From Euglena gracilis (lineage: Eukaryota), in NCBI GenBank assembly GCA_039621445.1, contig CP154954.1:39021816-39085815 (forward strand): DNA of 64,000 nt, read 5' to 3'. This document shows positions 63,801-64,000 of this stretch, in pieces. Within the stretch, counting starts at the first letter, position 1, and every line of letters starts with the position of its first letter. The notes beneath the pieces were generated by a model that was not told the origin of the DNA, ran no database searches, and saw only the letters and a program-made list of their open reading frames with translations. A program made the position numbers and the translations under genes.

Positions 63801-64000
63801 CTGGTTGCCGAACTGTTCGAGGGCCCCAAAATGACAAAATCCCTTGTGTTACCCACCCGTTTTGGGGGGACAAATCCGTTTTGTTGCCCAACTGTTCGAG
63901 GGCCCCAAAACAACAATATCCCTTGTGTTACCCATTCGTTTTGGGGGGGCAAATCCGTTTTGTTGCCCAACTGTTCGAGGGCCCCAAAACAACAGAATCC
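48848..64000. repeat. Large 78-80-bp satellite array (about 190 units; runs off the window)
   Basis: Unit ggggggcaaatccctttggttgccgaactgttcgagggccccaaaataacaaaatcccttgtgttacccacccgtttt. Confidence 0.99.

Noticed and set aside
45555-64000. Long repetitive ORFs, or a CRISPR-like repeat-spacer reading of the 78-bp array
   Set aside because: Units are contiguous near-identical repeats with no unique spacers and no cas genes; the ORFs are satellite artefacts.

Overview
Eukaryotic, repeat-dense DNA, most likely from a euglenid (inferred from the intron signature). Almost every ORF in the supplied track is an artefact of satellites and G/C-rich repeats. Manual reading recovers a 14-exon minus-strand gene (27237->10302, about 476 aa, hydrophobic segments and a CxxC-x19-CxxC motif). 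It has 3 GT-AG introns and 10 non-GT-AG introns (9 well supported, 1 uncertain). The non-GT-AG introns follow R-n-n-CAG...CTG-n-n-n-n-Y|R (or CAC...GTG) with complementary ends, which is the euglenid nonconventional intron pattern. The window also holds many hAT-like MITEs with CAG...CTG termini and 8-bp target-site duplications (TSDs). The 3 nt + 5 nt that these introns carry outside the stem equal one 8-bp TSD, so splicing exactly reverses a MITE insertion. Several introns are still recognisable MITEs with near-perfect TSDs, which points to an 'introner'-like system seen at different ages. Other content: a probable second minus-strand Pro-rich gene with MITE introns, a 211-bp satellite inside intron 1, a MITE-derived macrosatellite, a 78-bp satellite filling the last 15 kb, a TTAA-bounded element with a possible tyrosine-recombinase N-terminal ORF, and a tRNA-like sequence. 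All splicing is predicted from sequence alone.
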